The translations under genes were made by a program, and so were the position numbers. DNA of 64,000 bases, from positions 33,221-97,220 of the forward strand of contig DAIUDF010000001.1 of assembly GCA_036845785.1 (NCBI GenBank), read 5' to 3'. The notes under the pieces were generated by a model, which worked only from the letters and a program-made list of their open reading frames with translations, was not told where the DNA came from and ran no database searches. Below, one piece after another: positions 47,335 to 57,977 of the stretch (positions are counted from its first letter, which is position 1; every line of letters starts with the position of its first letter). The stretch comes from Candidatus Moraniibacteriota bacterium (GTDB lineage Bacteria > Patescibacteriota > Minisyncoccia > Moranbacterales > GWC2-37-73).

Positions 47335-48846
47335 TTAGGATTTTGACATTGATTTGTCATTAGTCATTGTAAATTTGACATTATGAAAATTTTTTATAAA
47401 TAACATAATTCCAAATAAAATTATATAATATAATGTTACCCACCATCCACTAAACTTTTCTATTTCGATGCTTGCCCAAGGAAAGCCAGCCAAAATATGC
47501 ACTGTTTTTATCACATAAGTCAGCGGCACGAAAGCCAGCCAGGCCAAAACCAACGACAAAGGCGGAAAAATAAGCCCGGCCAATGAAACCAGAAAAACCA
47601 AAAGCATAGCGAGCGGAACTATCGGCAAAATCAAAACATTGGCCAAAAGTGAAATCAGCGAGGCTATGTGGAAATTATACGCTATAATTGGCAGCACAAA
47701 AACCTGCGCACTGAGCGACAATGCAATTATCTCTGAAATTCCCAGTGCCTGGTTCTTTTTGATAAAACTTTTTTCCCAAATTGGTGAAATCAACACAATC
47801 CCCAGTGTAGCCAAAAAAGAAAGTTGGAATCCCACATCCCACCTAAGCAGCAATGGATTAATCAGTAGCATTACGGCACCCGCAAAAATTATGGCATTTT
47901 CGCTGTTAGCTAAGCGCCCATTTTTCATCGCCCAAAGTAAAAGCGTTCCCATAACTCCTGCCCGCACAGCTGAAGACGGCAGCCCAATCATAATTACGAA
48001 CAAAACTATGCCGAAAATCGCAAACCAAACCGCTCTTTTGCGCCAGAGTCCGATCCAGATTCCGATAAGAATTAAATATTCCGCAATGATTGTGACGTTA
48101 TAGCCCGAAACTGCCACGATGTGAGTCATGCCGGTTTTGGAAAAATCATTTTGGATTTCTTTAGGAAGTTGACTGCTCCCGCCGAATAAAATTCCGTCCG
48201 CCAAGGCTCTCTCCGGCTCGGGAACGACTTTGCGTACATTCTCTTGCAATAAATTTCTGACAAGAAAAATTTTATTTAAGAAAAAATTGCCTTTGTTTTC
48301 TCCAATCTTATTTACCCCGTTAAATTGCGAAGCACTTCGGCTTGCCGAAGATTTAACGGGGTCGCATTGATACAAAACTCCGTCTTTCGCCATATACATT
48401 TGATAGTTAAAATCAGCATTTTTATTTTCTATTGATTTTAAAGTGCACTCTACATTAAGCAAATCGCCATATTCATATTCCGGATATTTCGGAATTTGCA
48501 CCAGCAATTTTATTTTTTCCGCCGTTGTTTTTACGATTAAATTTTGTCCAAAAGCGTTGGGCGAACTCTTGAGTACCAATGCTTCGCCCCGGAAATTCTG
48601 TCCGTTCAATTTTAAATTTTGGCTTTCAACTATTCTGTTTTGTGTCAGCCACGCGCCAAAAACAAAAATTATAATCGTCAATGAAATTAAAAATATATTT
48701 TTGTTTTTATAAAAAACAGCTGCCATGATTATGTCAGCAACAATAAGCAGCCAATAAATCGTTTGATTTATTTCCCAAAATGACCGCACAAAAACTCCGG
48801 CGATAAATGCTAAAAGGATAACAAAAAAGACGCGTGATTTGCTCAT
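47335..48846 (-). CDS. comEC: ComEC/Rec2 competence channel (DUF4131 plus Competence domain), carrying an in-frame palindromic element insertion
   Basis: GMTHIVAVSGYNVTIIA...SAVRAGVMG Competence motifs. Polytopic membrane protein. Confidence 0.85.
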   Translation of the reverse strand: MSKSRVFFVILLAFIAGVFVRSFWEINQTIYWLLIVADIIMAAVFYKNKNIFLISLTIIIFVFGAWLTQNRIVESQNLKLNGQNFRGEALVLKSSPNAFGQNLIVKTTAEKIKLLVQIPKYPEYEYGDLLNVECTLKSIENKNADFNYQMYMAKDGVLYQCDPVKSSASRSASQFNGVNKIGENKGNFFLNKIFLVRNLLQENVRKVVPEPERALADGILFGGSSQLPKEIQNDFSKTGMTHIVAVSGYNVTIIAEYLILIGIWIGLWRKRAVWFAIFGIVLFVIMIGLPSSAVRAGVMGTLLLWAMKNGRLANSENAIIFAGAVMLLINPLLLRWDVGFQLSFLATLGIVLISPIWEKSFIKKNQALGISEIIALSLSAQVFVLPIIAYNFHIASLISLLANVLILPIVPLAMLLVFLVSLAGLIFPPLSLVLAWLAFVPLTYVIKTVHILAGFPWASIEIEKFSGWWVTLYYIILFGIMLFIKNFHNVKFTMTNDKSMSKS

Positions 48847-48996
48847 GCCCAGTAGTAGAAATTCAAATGGGCGTAGCCCAAAAAATATTTACTAAAACAA
48901 ATTACTGATTATAAAAATTTTTTATGCCTCAATAAAAATAGTGATGTTATATATTTTTGAATTTTCACTACTGGGCATGTATCTATTATAACAGAT

Positions 48997-49040
48997 ATAA
49001 AGAAAGGGTTGGCGAAAACATATCGCCAACCCTTTTTCTC
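48997..49040. terminator. bidirectional intrinsic terminator
   Basis: gggttggcgaaaacatatcgccaaccc hairpin with T-runs on both sides. Confidence 0.6.
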
Positions 49041-49476
49041 AGTAGCAAACGAAGGGTTTTTTCATTTTTTCCAATCTTCCTATAAATCCTTGCTCACTTA
49101 TGGAGCCTAATCCCATTTTACTAACAGACGCAATAATTGCATCTATTATGGTTTGCTTCAAAAGTTCCGGGTCTTCTTTTTCCCCATCAATGCGTTTTAC
49201 CATTATTTTGAAACTCGGTTGATTTTTGCGTATGTATATGTCAACATACCGCCCTTCTAACACATATGTTAAGAAACTTAATCCTGGCTGAAGTTTAATT
49301 TGAATTTTTGAAAGCCTCAAAATTACTTTGGCCAAATTGCTTTCTAGGCTAACATTCAGTCTAATCTTAATATTTCTTAAAACTTGTCCTTCCTCTGAAA
49401 TGCCAGCTCCAGCAATTTTTTTTCTCTCGTCCATGCCATCGCTTCTAGCGCCACTTCGAACTGCATATATCTCCAT
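49039..49476 (-). CDS. hypothetical protein
   Basis: 145-aa ORF with no recognised domain. Confidence 0.45.
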   Translation of the reverse strand: MEIYAVRSGARSDGMDERKKIAGAGISEEGQVLRNIKIRLNVSLESNLAKVILRLSKIQIKLQPGLSFLTYVLEGRYVDIYIRKNQPSFKIMVKRIDGEKEDPELLKQTIIDAIIASVSKMGLGSISEQGFIGRLEKMKKPFVCY

Positions 49477-49498
49477 TTTATAATCCCCCTTTCAATTA

Positions 49499-49717
49499 TT
49501 ATAATATATCGATTATTTTTGTTTTGGCGGTTTTACCGCCAATTATTTTTAACGAACTTTTCGGCATATTAAAATATTTTGCCAATACTTTTATTAGCAT
49601 ATCATTAGCCTTATTGTCAACCGGTGGAGCTGTAACCCAAACTTCGTATTCATTTTCAGAATTTTTTACGATTTTGTTTTGCGAAGTTTTGGGATGAATT
49701 TTAACGTAAATCCGCAT
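49499..49717 (-). CDS. DUF167 (YggU) family protein
   Basis: VWVTAPPVDNKANDMLIKVLAKYFNMPKSSLKIIGGKTAKTKII signature. Start is likely at MRIYVKIHPK. Confidence 0.65.
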   Translation of the reverse strand: MRIYVKIHPKTSQNKIVKNSENEYEVWVTAPPVDNKANDMLIKVLAKYFNMPKSSLKIIGGKTAKTKIIDIL

Positions 49718-49721
49718 AAAT

Positions 49722-50429
49722 TTAATTGTTTTCCCTAATTCCAGTTTTGGGAAAATATTTTTCAATATCTTTTTTTATTTTTTTAAGATCCAAGGTTCTG
49801 CCTTTGGTTTTCTTTTTAAGCTTGGGATCTAAAATAATTTTTTCCCGATATTCCTGAAGATAATAGGCCCGTGCGCCCTTGATCCATTTGGCAATTTCCA
49901 GAAAATCTTTTTCTTCATGGATTCCAGGCACAACTGTCGTCCTGAATTCATAAGGCACGCCCGAATTCATGATCAGGCCAACGCTGAGCTTGATTCTTTT
50001 TTTGTCACCTTTAACACCCGTAGCCTTGTCATATTTTTTAATCTGATGTTTGATGTCCATCGCTACAAAATCCAAGAGCTTTTGGTCTAAAAGTTTTTTG
50101 AGCACATCCGGCCGCGTTCCATTGGTGTCTAATTTTACCAGATAACCCAGGTTCTTTATTTTTTGAATAAATTCAATGATATCCGGCTGGACTGTTGGCT
50201 CGCCGCCGGTAATGCAAACGCCCTCCAGTTTGCCTTTGCGTTTCTCAAGATGAGCAAAAAACTCTTTTTCCATTTTCTGGCTATATTCGACTCCCAAAGC
50301 TCCGCGCTTAACCAATTCCGGATTATGGCAAAACGGGCAGCGAAAACTGCAACCTACCGTAAAAACAGTGGTTGCAATAGCACCCGGATAATCAATAAGG
50401 GTTAATTTTTGGAAACCACCGATGCGCAT
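49722..50429 (-). CDS. nrdG: anaerobic ribonucleotide reductase activating protein (radical SAM)
   Basis: GCSFRCPFCHN CxxxCxxC motif, immediately downstream of nrdD. Confidence 0.85.
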   Translation of the reverse strand: MRIGGFQKLTLIDYPGAIATTVFTVGCSFRCPFCHNPELVKRGALGVEYSQKMEKEFFAHLEKRKGKLEGVCITGGEPTVQPDIIEFIQKIKNLGYLVKLDTNGTRPDVLKKLLDQKLLDFVAMDIKHQIKKYDKATGVKGDKKRIKLSVGLIMNSGVPYEFRTTVVPGIHEEKDFLEIAKWIKGARAYYLQEYREKIILDPKLKKKTKGRTLDLKKIKKDIEKYFPKTGIRENN

Positions 50430-50526
50430 GCGCTTAAATTTAAAATTGAAAATTTATGTGAAAAATTCGGGGCAACCCGAATTTACATTCAAGTTGCCCC
50501 TCTATCTTTTTCTATGTCTATTTTAA

Positions 50527-52800
50527 TTATTTTTTCTTTTTGCTAGCGCCTACAGGTACGGGAACAAATGTTCTCCTGTCTTTGAATTCGGCTTGCTTAC
50601 CTTTGTTCCATTGTTCAACCGGTCGAATATAACCAACCACCCGTGAATATACTTCGGTTTTCTGCTCTACCACGCATTTCGGACAAACATGCTGTTCGCC
50701 TGCCAGATAGCCATGCACCGGACAAATGCTGAATGTCGGCGAAAGCGTGAAATATGGCAAAGCATAATTTTCGGCAATTTTCCTGACCAGATTCTTCACC
50801 ATATTTATATCCCAAATTCTTTCTCCTAAGAATCCGTGCAAAACTGTGCCACCCGTGTATTTGGTCTGCAAACTTTCCTGCAAATCCAAAGCTTCAAAAA
50901 TATCTTCAGTGAAATAGACCGGCAATTGGGAAGAATTCGTATAATATGGTTCAGCGCTTTCAATTTTAACAGCTTTATCATTGGCGAAAACAATGTTAGG
51001 ATATTTTATTTTATCCATGCGCGCCAAACGATAGGAAGTGCCTTCAGCCGGAGTGGCTTCCAGATTATACAGATTACCAGTTTCTTCCTGATAACTGACA
51101 ATCCTTTCGCGCATATGCACCAAAACTTCTTCCGCCAATTTCTGCCCTTCTTTAGTGGTTACATCTTTTCCAATTAAGTTCGTAAGCGCTTCATTCATGC
51201 CAACGAGCCCTATGGTAGAAAAATGGTTAGCCCAATATTGTCCACGCCGCATCTTGATCGCATCCAAATAAAACTTGGTATATGGATAAAGACCCTGCTC
51301 TGTGAGATTCTCAACTAACTTTCTTTTGGTTTCCAGGCTAGTTTTAGCCAGATCCATTAAGTTATCAAGTTTTTTAAAAAACTCCTGTTTGTTTTTTGAA
51401 ACAAATCCAAGTCTTGGCATGTTGATTGTGACTACTCCGACTGAACCAGTTAGCGGATTGGCACCGAAAAGTCCGCCGCCACGTTTGTGCAGTTCTCGGT
51501 TGTCCAATCTCAAACGGCAGCACATCGATCGCGCATCGTCCGGATCCATATCGGAGTTTACGAAATTCGCAAAATACGGAATACCATATTTAGCGGTCAT
51601 TTCCCAAATAGCATCAAACCTGCTGTCATTCCAATCGAAATTTTTGGCAATGTTATAGGTTGGAATCGGAAAAGTAAAAATTCGGCCGTTAGCGTCGCCT
51701 TCCGTCATAACTTCAGCAAAAGCCCGGTTAATCATATTCATTTCTTCTTGAAAATCAGCGTATGTTTCTTTTTGCGGAACTCCTCCGATAATAGCAGCTT
51801 CCTTGGCTAGCGTTTTTGGCGGCGTAATATCCAAAGTTATGTTAGAAAAAGGAGTTTGAAAACCGACTCGAGTCGAGACATTCATGTTAAAAACAAAAGA
51901 CTGAATCTCCTGCTTGACTTGGGCATATGACAGCTTGTCATGGCGCACAAAAGGAGCCAGCAGTGTGTCAAAGTTGGAAAAAGCTTGAGCGCCAGCGACT
52001 TCGCCCTGAAGAGTATAAATAAAATTTACCATTTGGCCCAAAATAGATCCGAGATGCTTGGCTGGCTTGCAGGCAACCTTGCCCGACACACCGGTAAAAC
52101 CGCGACGGATCAAATCTTGTAAATCCCAGCCACAGCAATAGGCTGCAATAAGTTGCAAATCATGAATATGAAAATCACCGCCTTCATGCGCCTCGCGGAT
52201 TTCCTTGGTATAAACCCGATTCATCCAATATTTAGAACTCACGATTGAAGCAATGTAGTTATTAAGTCCCTGCAAAGAATAGGCCATGTTGGCATTTTCC
52301 TTAACTTTCCAATCTATTTCCTGAATATATTTGTCCACCAAGCTTACGGCTTCATCCAAAGATTCTTCGGTTTCGCGAATTTTCCTGTGTTGTTCACGAT
52401 ACAGAATGTAGGCTTTGGCGGTTTCTTCAAAATCAAGCACCATCAAAACCCTTTCAATCACATCCTGGACTTGTTCCACGCTGGGGATTTCTCCTTTTTT
52501 GTAATTTTTATTCAAAAGCTGCAAAACTTTTTCGGTAACTTTTCCGGCATCTTTTACACTGCCTTCGCCTGTAGCCGCAAAAGCTTTGCTGATGGCGATT
52601 AATATTTTCTTTTTATCAAAAGGTGCAACATTGCCGCTGCGTTTTACTATTTTTCGAATTAGGTTCTTAATTTTTTTAGCCTTTGGCTTCTCTTCTTTCG
52701 TCTGCGCCTTCTTCTTGCTTATTACCTTCTTTACCCTATTAAATTGCTTCGCACCGACTTTGTCGGATTTAATAGGGTGAATGTTTTTTTGTTTTTTCAT
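50527..52800 (-). CDS. nrdD: anaerobic ribonucleoside-triphosphate reductase (class III)
   Basis: N-terminal ATP-cone, CxxC...CxxC C-terminal zinc site, and the glycyl radical motif RVVGYIRPV. Confidence 0.9.
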   Translation of the reverse strand: MKKQKNIHPIKSDKVGAKQFNRVKKVISKKKAQTKEEKPKAKKIKNLIRKIVKRSGNVAPFDKKKILIAISKAFAATGEGSVKDAGKVTEKVLQLLNKNYKKGEIPSVEQVQDVIERVLMVLDFEETAKAYILYREQHRKIRETEESLDEAVSLVDKYIQEIDWKVKENANMAYSLQGLNNYIASIVSSKYWMNRVYTKEIREAHEGGDFHIHDLQLIAAYCCGWDLQDLIRRGFTGVSGKVACKPAKHLGSILGQMVNFIYTLQGEVAGAQAFSNFDTLLAPFVRHDKLSYAQVKQEIQSFVFNMNVSTRVGFQTPFSNITLDITPPKTLAKEAAIIGGVPQKETYADFQEEMNMINRAFAEVMTEGDANGRIFTFPIPTYNIAKNFDWNDSRFDAIWEMTAKYGIPYFANFVNSDMDPDDARSMCCRLRLDNRELHKRGGGLFGANPLTGSVGVVTINMPRLGFVSKNKQEFFKKLDNLMDLAKTSLETKRKLVENLTEQGLYPYTKFYLDAIKMRRGQYWANHFSTIGLVGMNEALTNLIGKDVTTKEGQKLAEEVLVHMRERIVSYQEETGNLYNLEATPAEGTSYRLARMDKIKYPNIVFANDKAVKIESAEPYYTNSSQLPVYFTEDIFEALDLQESLQTKYTGGTVLHGFLGERIWDINMVKNLVRKIAENYALPYFTLSPTFSICPVHGYLAGEQHVCPKCVVEQKTEVYSRVVGYIRPVEQWNKGKQAEFKDRRTFVPVPVGASKKKK

Positions 52801-52896
52801 ATCTTTTTTAATTAACCCCTTTTTCTTTAGTTTGATTATCTTCCTTTCCCCCGAAAATTAAAATTTATTATTTTTTGGTTCTTTAACTGTTTCTTA

Positions 52897-53352
52897 TCAC
52901 TCTTGAACAGACATTTTTTCCATTTCCTTCCGGAAACTGTCCGCGCTTTTGAATGATTTGTAAACGCTGGCAAAGCGGAGATAGCCTACGTCATCGATTT
53001 CTTTAAGTTTTTCCAAAACTATCTTGCCAATATCTTTGCTAGTTATCTCAATCACTTCTTTAGAATGAATTTCGTATTCTATATCCCCGATAAGCTTATT
53101 GACTTTTTCTTCGCTAACCGGTCTTTTTTCCAGAGCCTTGTGGATTCCAATTTCAATTTTCTGGCGATCATAGTCTTGTCGGCTGCCATCGCGTTTTATT
53201 ACTGTAAGTTTCATTATTTCCATTTCTTCATAGGTGCTGAAACGTGCCTGGCATTTTTCACATTCTCTGCGACGACGGATGGCTTTTCCGTCATTGGTAT
53301 CGCGCGAATCAACAACTTTTGTTTCGTTGTGTCCGCAAAATGGGCAAATCAT
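52897..53352 (-). CDS. nrdR: transcriptional repressor NrdR
   Basis: MICPFCGH...CEKCQ zinc ribbon plus ATP-cone. Confidence 0.9.
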   Translation of the reverse strand: MICPFCGHNETKVVDSRDTNDGKAIRRRRECEKCQARFSTYEEMEIMKLTVIKRDGSRQDYDRQKIEIGIHKALEKRPVSEEKVNKLIGDIEYEIHSKEVIEITSKDIGKIVLEKLKEIDDVGYLRFASVYKSFKSADSFRKEMEKMSVQE

Positions 53353-53467
53353 ACAAATAGCTTTTAGCTTTACTAGCTCCTTAGCTTAGTTAGCTTCTGA
53401 TTATTTTTTATAAGCACTTGACAATATTACAATTTTAATATCCCAAATTTCATTTTTTCAATTAAAA

Positions 53468-53503
53468 CCACTATATATTGTGTATGTATATACTATTATA
53501 CCA
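53468..53503 (-). promoter_or_regulatory. NrdR box overlapping an extended -10 promoter of nrdR-nrdD-nrdG
   Basis: CCACTATATATTGTGT (53468-53483) fits the 16-bp NrdR palindrome acaCwAtATaTwGtgt. TGGTATAAT extended -10 lies on the minus strand at 53495-53503. Confidence 0.55.
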
Positions 53504-53618
53504 CAAGTCAAATATTTGCCAAGAGTCCATTTTTAGGGCACTTTATAAGTTATCCACAGGCCATAAAAATAAAAACAGGGTCTCCCCTGTTTTCATTATT
53601 AAAATCAAAATACTAAAT

Positions 53619-54845
53619 TTATTTTTCCATCTTTCTCCGAATAAAAGCCGGGATTTCCAGTTCATCTTCTTTATCATCATCCTTGGAGCTGGAAGAAAAA
53701 CTGGCTGGACGCGGCTGAATTTTTTCTTCAATAATCATTTTTGGCTCAAAAAGCTTTTTAACCGGAAAAGTTACCCTATCTTCAATTTCGTCTTTCTTTT
53801 TATCATCTCTTTCCTTGCCATGATTTTCAAGGCTTTTATTGGCAGCGGAAAACTTATTCAATAAAGAAACTCCTTCTTTGGAAGCTTGTTCGATGTCAAA
53901 GCCGGTTGCTACCACAGTTATAACTATTTCTCCTTTTTTAACCTGGTCATCAATCACTGCTCCAAAAATAACTTTTGCATTCGGATCAATGCTTTCCGTG
54001 ATAATATTGGCGGCTTCATTTATTTCCAACATTCCCAGATCACTGGAACCGGAAATATTAAAGAGAACGCCCTTGGCTCCGTCAATAGAAAGTTCCAGAA
54101 GCGGACTATTGATGGCAGTGCGAGCTGCTTCAGAGGCCCGATTGTCGCCGCTGGCAACACCGATTCCCATCAAAGCGCTGCCGGAATCCTGCATAATCGC
54201 CCGTACATCGGCAAAGTCAACATTAACAATTCCCGGTTTGGTGATGAGATCGGAAATTCCCTGAACTCCTTGTCTTAGAACATCGTCGACAATGCGGAAT
54301 GCATTTATGAGTGTTGTTTTTCGATCGATGATTGAAAGAAGCTTATCGTTTGGAATTGTAATCAAGGTGTCAACTCTGTCTTTTAGGTTTTGCAGACCTT
54401 CTTCGCCTAACATTCTTCTCTGTGCTCCTTCAAAAGAAAAAGGCTTTGTAACAACAGCCACAGTCAAGGCGCCAAGTTCTTTGGCGGTTTCAGCTACAAC
54501 CGGAGCAGCTCCGGTTCCTGTTCCGCCACCCAATCCGCAAGTTACAAAAACCATATCAGCGCCCTTAAGGACTTCTTGGATCTCGTCCCTATTTTCTTCC
54601 GCAGCTTGTCTTCCAATTTCCGGATTCATGCCGGCGCCCAATCCCTTGGTTAAATTTTTTCCAATGTGAACTTTTTCGGAAGCTTTGGAATGATGCAGGG
54701 CTTGTGCATCCGTGTTGATTGCCACAAACTCCACTCCTTTTATTTTAGAATCAATCATGCGGCTGATTGCGTTGTTTCCGGATCCGCCGACACCGACAAC
54801 TTTGATTCTTGCAAATGTTTCTATTTCGGGCTTGATTTCTGCCAT
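53619..54845 (-). CDS. ftsZ: cell division GTPase FtsZ
   Basis: GGGTGTG tubulin signature. Confidence 0.95.
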   Translation of the reverse strand: MAEIKPEIETFARIKVVGVGGSGNNAISRMIDSKIKGVEFVAINTDAQALHHSKASEKVHIGKNLTKGLGAGMNPEIGRQAAEENRDEIQEVLKGADMVFVTCGLGGGTGTGAAPVVAETAKELGALTVAVVTKPFSFEGAQRRMLGEEGLQNLKDRVDTLITIPNDKLLSIIDRKTTLINAFRIVDDVLRQGVQGISDLITKPGIVNVDFADVRAIMQDSGSALMGIGVASGDNRASEAARTAINSPLLELSIDGAKGVLFNISGSSDLGMLEINEAANIITESIDPNAKVIFGAVIDDQVKKGEIVITVVATGFDIEQASKEGVSLLNKFSAANKSLENHGKERDDKKKDEIEDRVTFPVKKLFEPKMIIEEKIQPRPASFSSSSKDDDKEDELEIPAFIRRKMEK

Positions 54846-55078
54846 ATTTTTTCAGCGACCATTGTTTTTTAAACTATGATCAAATATATAAATTAGTTCT
54901 TTCTGAAATTACAACCCTTGTGTTTTTATTTTAGTTTTATATTCAGCACAGGAAAATTTTTTAATTCCTACCTAAATAGTATATTTTTAATTTAAATGCC
55001 ATGTTTTCCAGTACTTTAATCTATCATAACTTAAGCTTTTGTGTCAACCTGGCAAATTCAGCCTTTGAAATATATGTT

Positions 55079-56344
55079 TTACGGCAGGAATTTTTTAAGC
55101 CAACCACTCATTTTATTTACTGTTTTTCCAGCAGGACGTGCTAAAGATTCAAAAGATTTTAAACCCATAAACCCGTCATTTTGTGAAGAATGTTTTTCTT
55201 GTTCCCACAAAACAAGTCCGGCAACAGTGGCAAAGGAAGGATCGTCAAATTTGTCCAGGATTCCCTTGAAGCCTGTCGGAAAACCAATTTGCACCGGCAA
55301 GCCCAAAATTTCTTTGGCTATTTCGGCAATATGCACAAGCTTTGCTCCTCCGCCTACTAAAACTGCGCCCGACGGAAGCAAATTAGCCTTGCCAATTTTT
55401 TTCAGTTCTTCTTGCACCAAAGAAAATATTTCTTCCAGTCTGGCTTCGATAATTTCTGCCACATGATAGCGGGAAATAATACCTTCTTCTTTGGAGTCTA
55501 TTTGAGCAAGATCAATTCCATCTTTTTTGTTAACTTCTCTCGAAAGAGCACTTCCATATTCCAATTTTATTTTTTCTGCCACATCAATGGATGTTCTGAG
55601 TCCGATAGCAATATCATTTGTCACATGCCCGGCACCAACAGGCAAAATTGCCGTATAAACAAGATCTCCTTCTTCATAGACTGCTATGGATGTCGTTCCC
55701 CCGCCAATATTAACCAGAACTACGCCTAGTTCTTTTTGTTTTTTACTTAAAACTGATTTAGCCGCTGCCAAAGGTTCCAAAACCAAATCATCAATTTCCA
55801 CGTTTGCTTGATACATGCACTTGCTGATATTTTTTATGTTTGTGCTGGAACTTTCAATAAGCAATGTATCCGCTTCCAAACGCACGCCTTTCATTTCTAA
55901 CGGATCTTTAATATTGTCTTTGTCATCCAATCTGTATTTGCGGGCAACTACATGCACAATTTCCTTATTCATAGGCAAAGGAACATTTTGAGCTTCGGCA
56001 ATAGCCCTGTTGACATCATCTTCTGTAACTTCTCCATCTGCCCGACCGACAGCCACCACTCCTTTTGAGTCCTGAAAATCAATATCGCCGCCCCCAATAT
56101 TCAATATTGCGCTTTTAATATTTATTCCTGACATTTTTTCTGCCAACTCCAGTGAATCATTGATTGATTTGGTAACATCTTCCACATCAATAATAACCCC
56201 TCGTCTGATTCCAAACGAAGGCGCTGATCCGACACCAATCACGCGTAATTCATTTTCTCCACGAATCTGCTGCGCAACAACAGTGCGCACGCCTGAAGAT
56301 CCAATATCAATTCCGACAATAATGTCCCCGCTATTTTTTGACAT
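55079..56344 (-). CDS. ftsA: cell division protein FtsA
   Basis: Actin-fold ATPase motifs, located upstream of ftsZ. Confidence 0.9.
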   Translation of the reverse strand: MSKNSGDIIVGIDIGSSGVRTVVAQQIRGENELRVIGVGSAPSFGIRRGVIIDVEDVTKSINDSLELAEKMSGINIKSAILNIGGGDIDFQDSKGVVAVGRADGEVTEDDVNRAIAEAQNVPLPMNKEIVHVVARKYRLDDKDNIKDPLEMKGVRLEADTLLIESSSTNIKNISKCMYQANVEIDDLVLEPLAAAKSVLSKKQKELGVVLVNIGGGTTSIAVYEEGDLVYTAILPVGAGHVTNDIAIGLRTSIDVAEKIKLEYGSALSREVNKKDGIDLAQIDSKEEGIISRYHVAEIIEARLEEIFSLVQEELKKIGKANLLPSGAVLVGGGAKLVHIAEIAKEILGLPVQIGFPTGFKGILDKFDDPSFATVAGLVLWEQEKHSSQNDGFMGLKSFESLARPAGKTVNKMSGWLKKFLP

Positions 56345-56554
56345 ATCCAGAAAAAATTTTAATTTATATTTTAACTTAAGCTTCCCTTTTTATTTTTTTA
56401 ATCTTAATTTTCATCAACAGACATAAACCCAAACCAAACACATATCGTATGCTGGTTGTTTTTGTCTTTTTTTTGATTTTTATTCTTGATTTTTTGAATA
56501 TCCTTTCAATTTATTATACAAAAATTTGCCTATAAATGCAAAAACTCAAGAAAA

Positions 56555-56941
56555 TCAAAAAAAGCAGAGAATTATGATGAAATCACGTGCGTATGGATAG
56601 AAAATTATGATACCCACCATTATTGCCACCACTGAAGAAATCAAGACAGCTGAAGCCATAAGATCCTTAATTAGTCGCGCATACGGATGAATTCTGGGTT
56701 TTAATATGTCGACTATTCTTTCCATAACTGTGTTTATGAGTTCCGCTACCAACACCCACATAATCATCAAAATGAGCAGAATTGCTTCCCAGTTCTTTAC
56801 TTTAAAGAAGAATATCAGGAAGATGACAAAAATTGCAATCAGCATCTCGATGCGAAAATTTTTTTCATGGGAAATGGCATATTTGATGCCATCCAATGCG
56901 TGCTGCAAACTTTTTTTAAAACGGCCTATTTCTTTTTCCAT
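56555..56941 (-). CDS. dgkA: diacylglycerol kinase (prokaryotic DgkA)
   Basis: Three-TM protein of about 120 aa with EMLIAIF...NTVMERIVD motifs. Confidence 0.7.
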   Translation of the reverse strand: MEKEIGRFKKSLQHALDGIKYAISHEKNFRIEMLIAIFVIFLIFFFKVKNWEAILLILMIMWVLVAELINTVMERIVDILKPRIHPYARLIKDLMASAVLISSVVAIMVGIIIFYPYARDFIIILCFF

Positions 56942-56991
56942 ATTTTTATTTTTTTATTTTTTCTATTTTGCAAACATTTTTAAAAAGTGAA

Positions 56992-57465
56992 CTAGGTTTC
57001 TGTCTTATTTGCAACTTGATCCTGCAAAAAGAACATTTTTTCACCATGTGAAAATCCCAAGAGATGCAAAAGGCCATGCGAAAAAACTTTGGCCAATTCT
57101 TTTTCAAAATTTAAACCCTCCTTTTTAGCATATTCATTGATATCATTATAACACAAAATGAGTTCGCCTAAAAATATTTCCGGCTGATTATTGGCATTGA
57201 TTTCATTTTCCAAATCTTCCGTTGATTTATATTCCGGAAAAGACAGAATGTCGGTCACACTGTCATATTGCCGATAATTCTTGTTGATTTTCCTGATTTC
57301 TGCAGGTGTTACGAATGCTACGCTTACATTTATTTTTTTTTCATTAATTGGCAGGTTTAAAAAATCATAATTTGCCGCTATCAAGGTTTTCTCCGCTATT
57401 TCCTCGAAAAATTTTTCTTCAATCGGGCTATGAGTTGTATTGTTGATTTCCAAATTAATTTTCAT
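56992..57465 (-). CDS. ybeY: rRNA maturation endoribonuclease YbeY
   Basis: HGLLHLLGFSH zinc motif. Confidence 0.85.
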   Translation of the reverse strand: MKINLEINNTTHSPIEEKFFEEIAEKTLIAANYDFLNLPINEKKINVSVAFVTPAEIRKINKNYRQYDSVTDILSFPEYKSTEDLENEINANNQPEIFLGELILCYNDINEYAKKEGLNFEKELAKVFSHGLLHLLGFSHGEKMFFLQDQVANKTET

Positions 57466-57946
57466 GATCTGAAATTTTACTATTTATATCAGAAATAAAT
57501 TTTTCCAATTCTTCAGCAAAATCATTTTTAGCAACGTCTCTAGTCAGAAGCGCCAGAGTAGCCAATGGTTTTTGACCGATAATTTGTTCCATTTCTGCGA
57601 AAGCTTTGTCGTCCCCTGATCCGTCCATCGTGCAGAAAAAGGCTGCTTTTTGGAAATTATTTTTCTGTTCGGTTATATATGTTCGAACCGGCGTTGACAT
57701 ATTCCAGCCCCAAATCGGCGTGCCGATGATCACTAAATCAAAATCCGTCGGATTTTTTTCGCTCGGTTCCAAAACAGTCAGCTTTTTCTGCATCGCATCC
57801 CGTCCGGAAACAAGATAGCCCTTGATTCCGCTGCGACTCACTGTATCTTTAATTTCTTCAACTTCAGCCCCCAGTTTATTGGCGATTTCCAGCGCCACTT
57901 TTTTGGTCGTTCCTGTGCGGGAATAATATGCGATTAATATTTTCAT
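57455..57946 (-). CDS. flavodoxin-like protein
   Basis: MKILIAYYSRTGTTKKVA...IIGTPIWG signature. Confidence 0.75.
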   Translation of the reverse strand: MKILIAYYSRTGTTKKVALEIANKLGAEVEEIKDTVSRSGIKGYLVSGRDAMQKKLTVLEPSEKNPTDFDLVIIGTPIWGWNMSTPVRTYITEQKNNFQKAAFFCTMDGSGDDKAFAEMEQIIGQKPLATLALLTRDVAKNDFAEELEKFISDINSKISDHEN

Positions 57947-57977
57947 ACGATTGCAATATTAATTATAAATCAGACGC

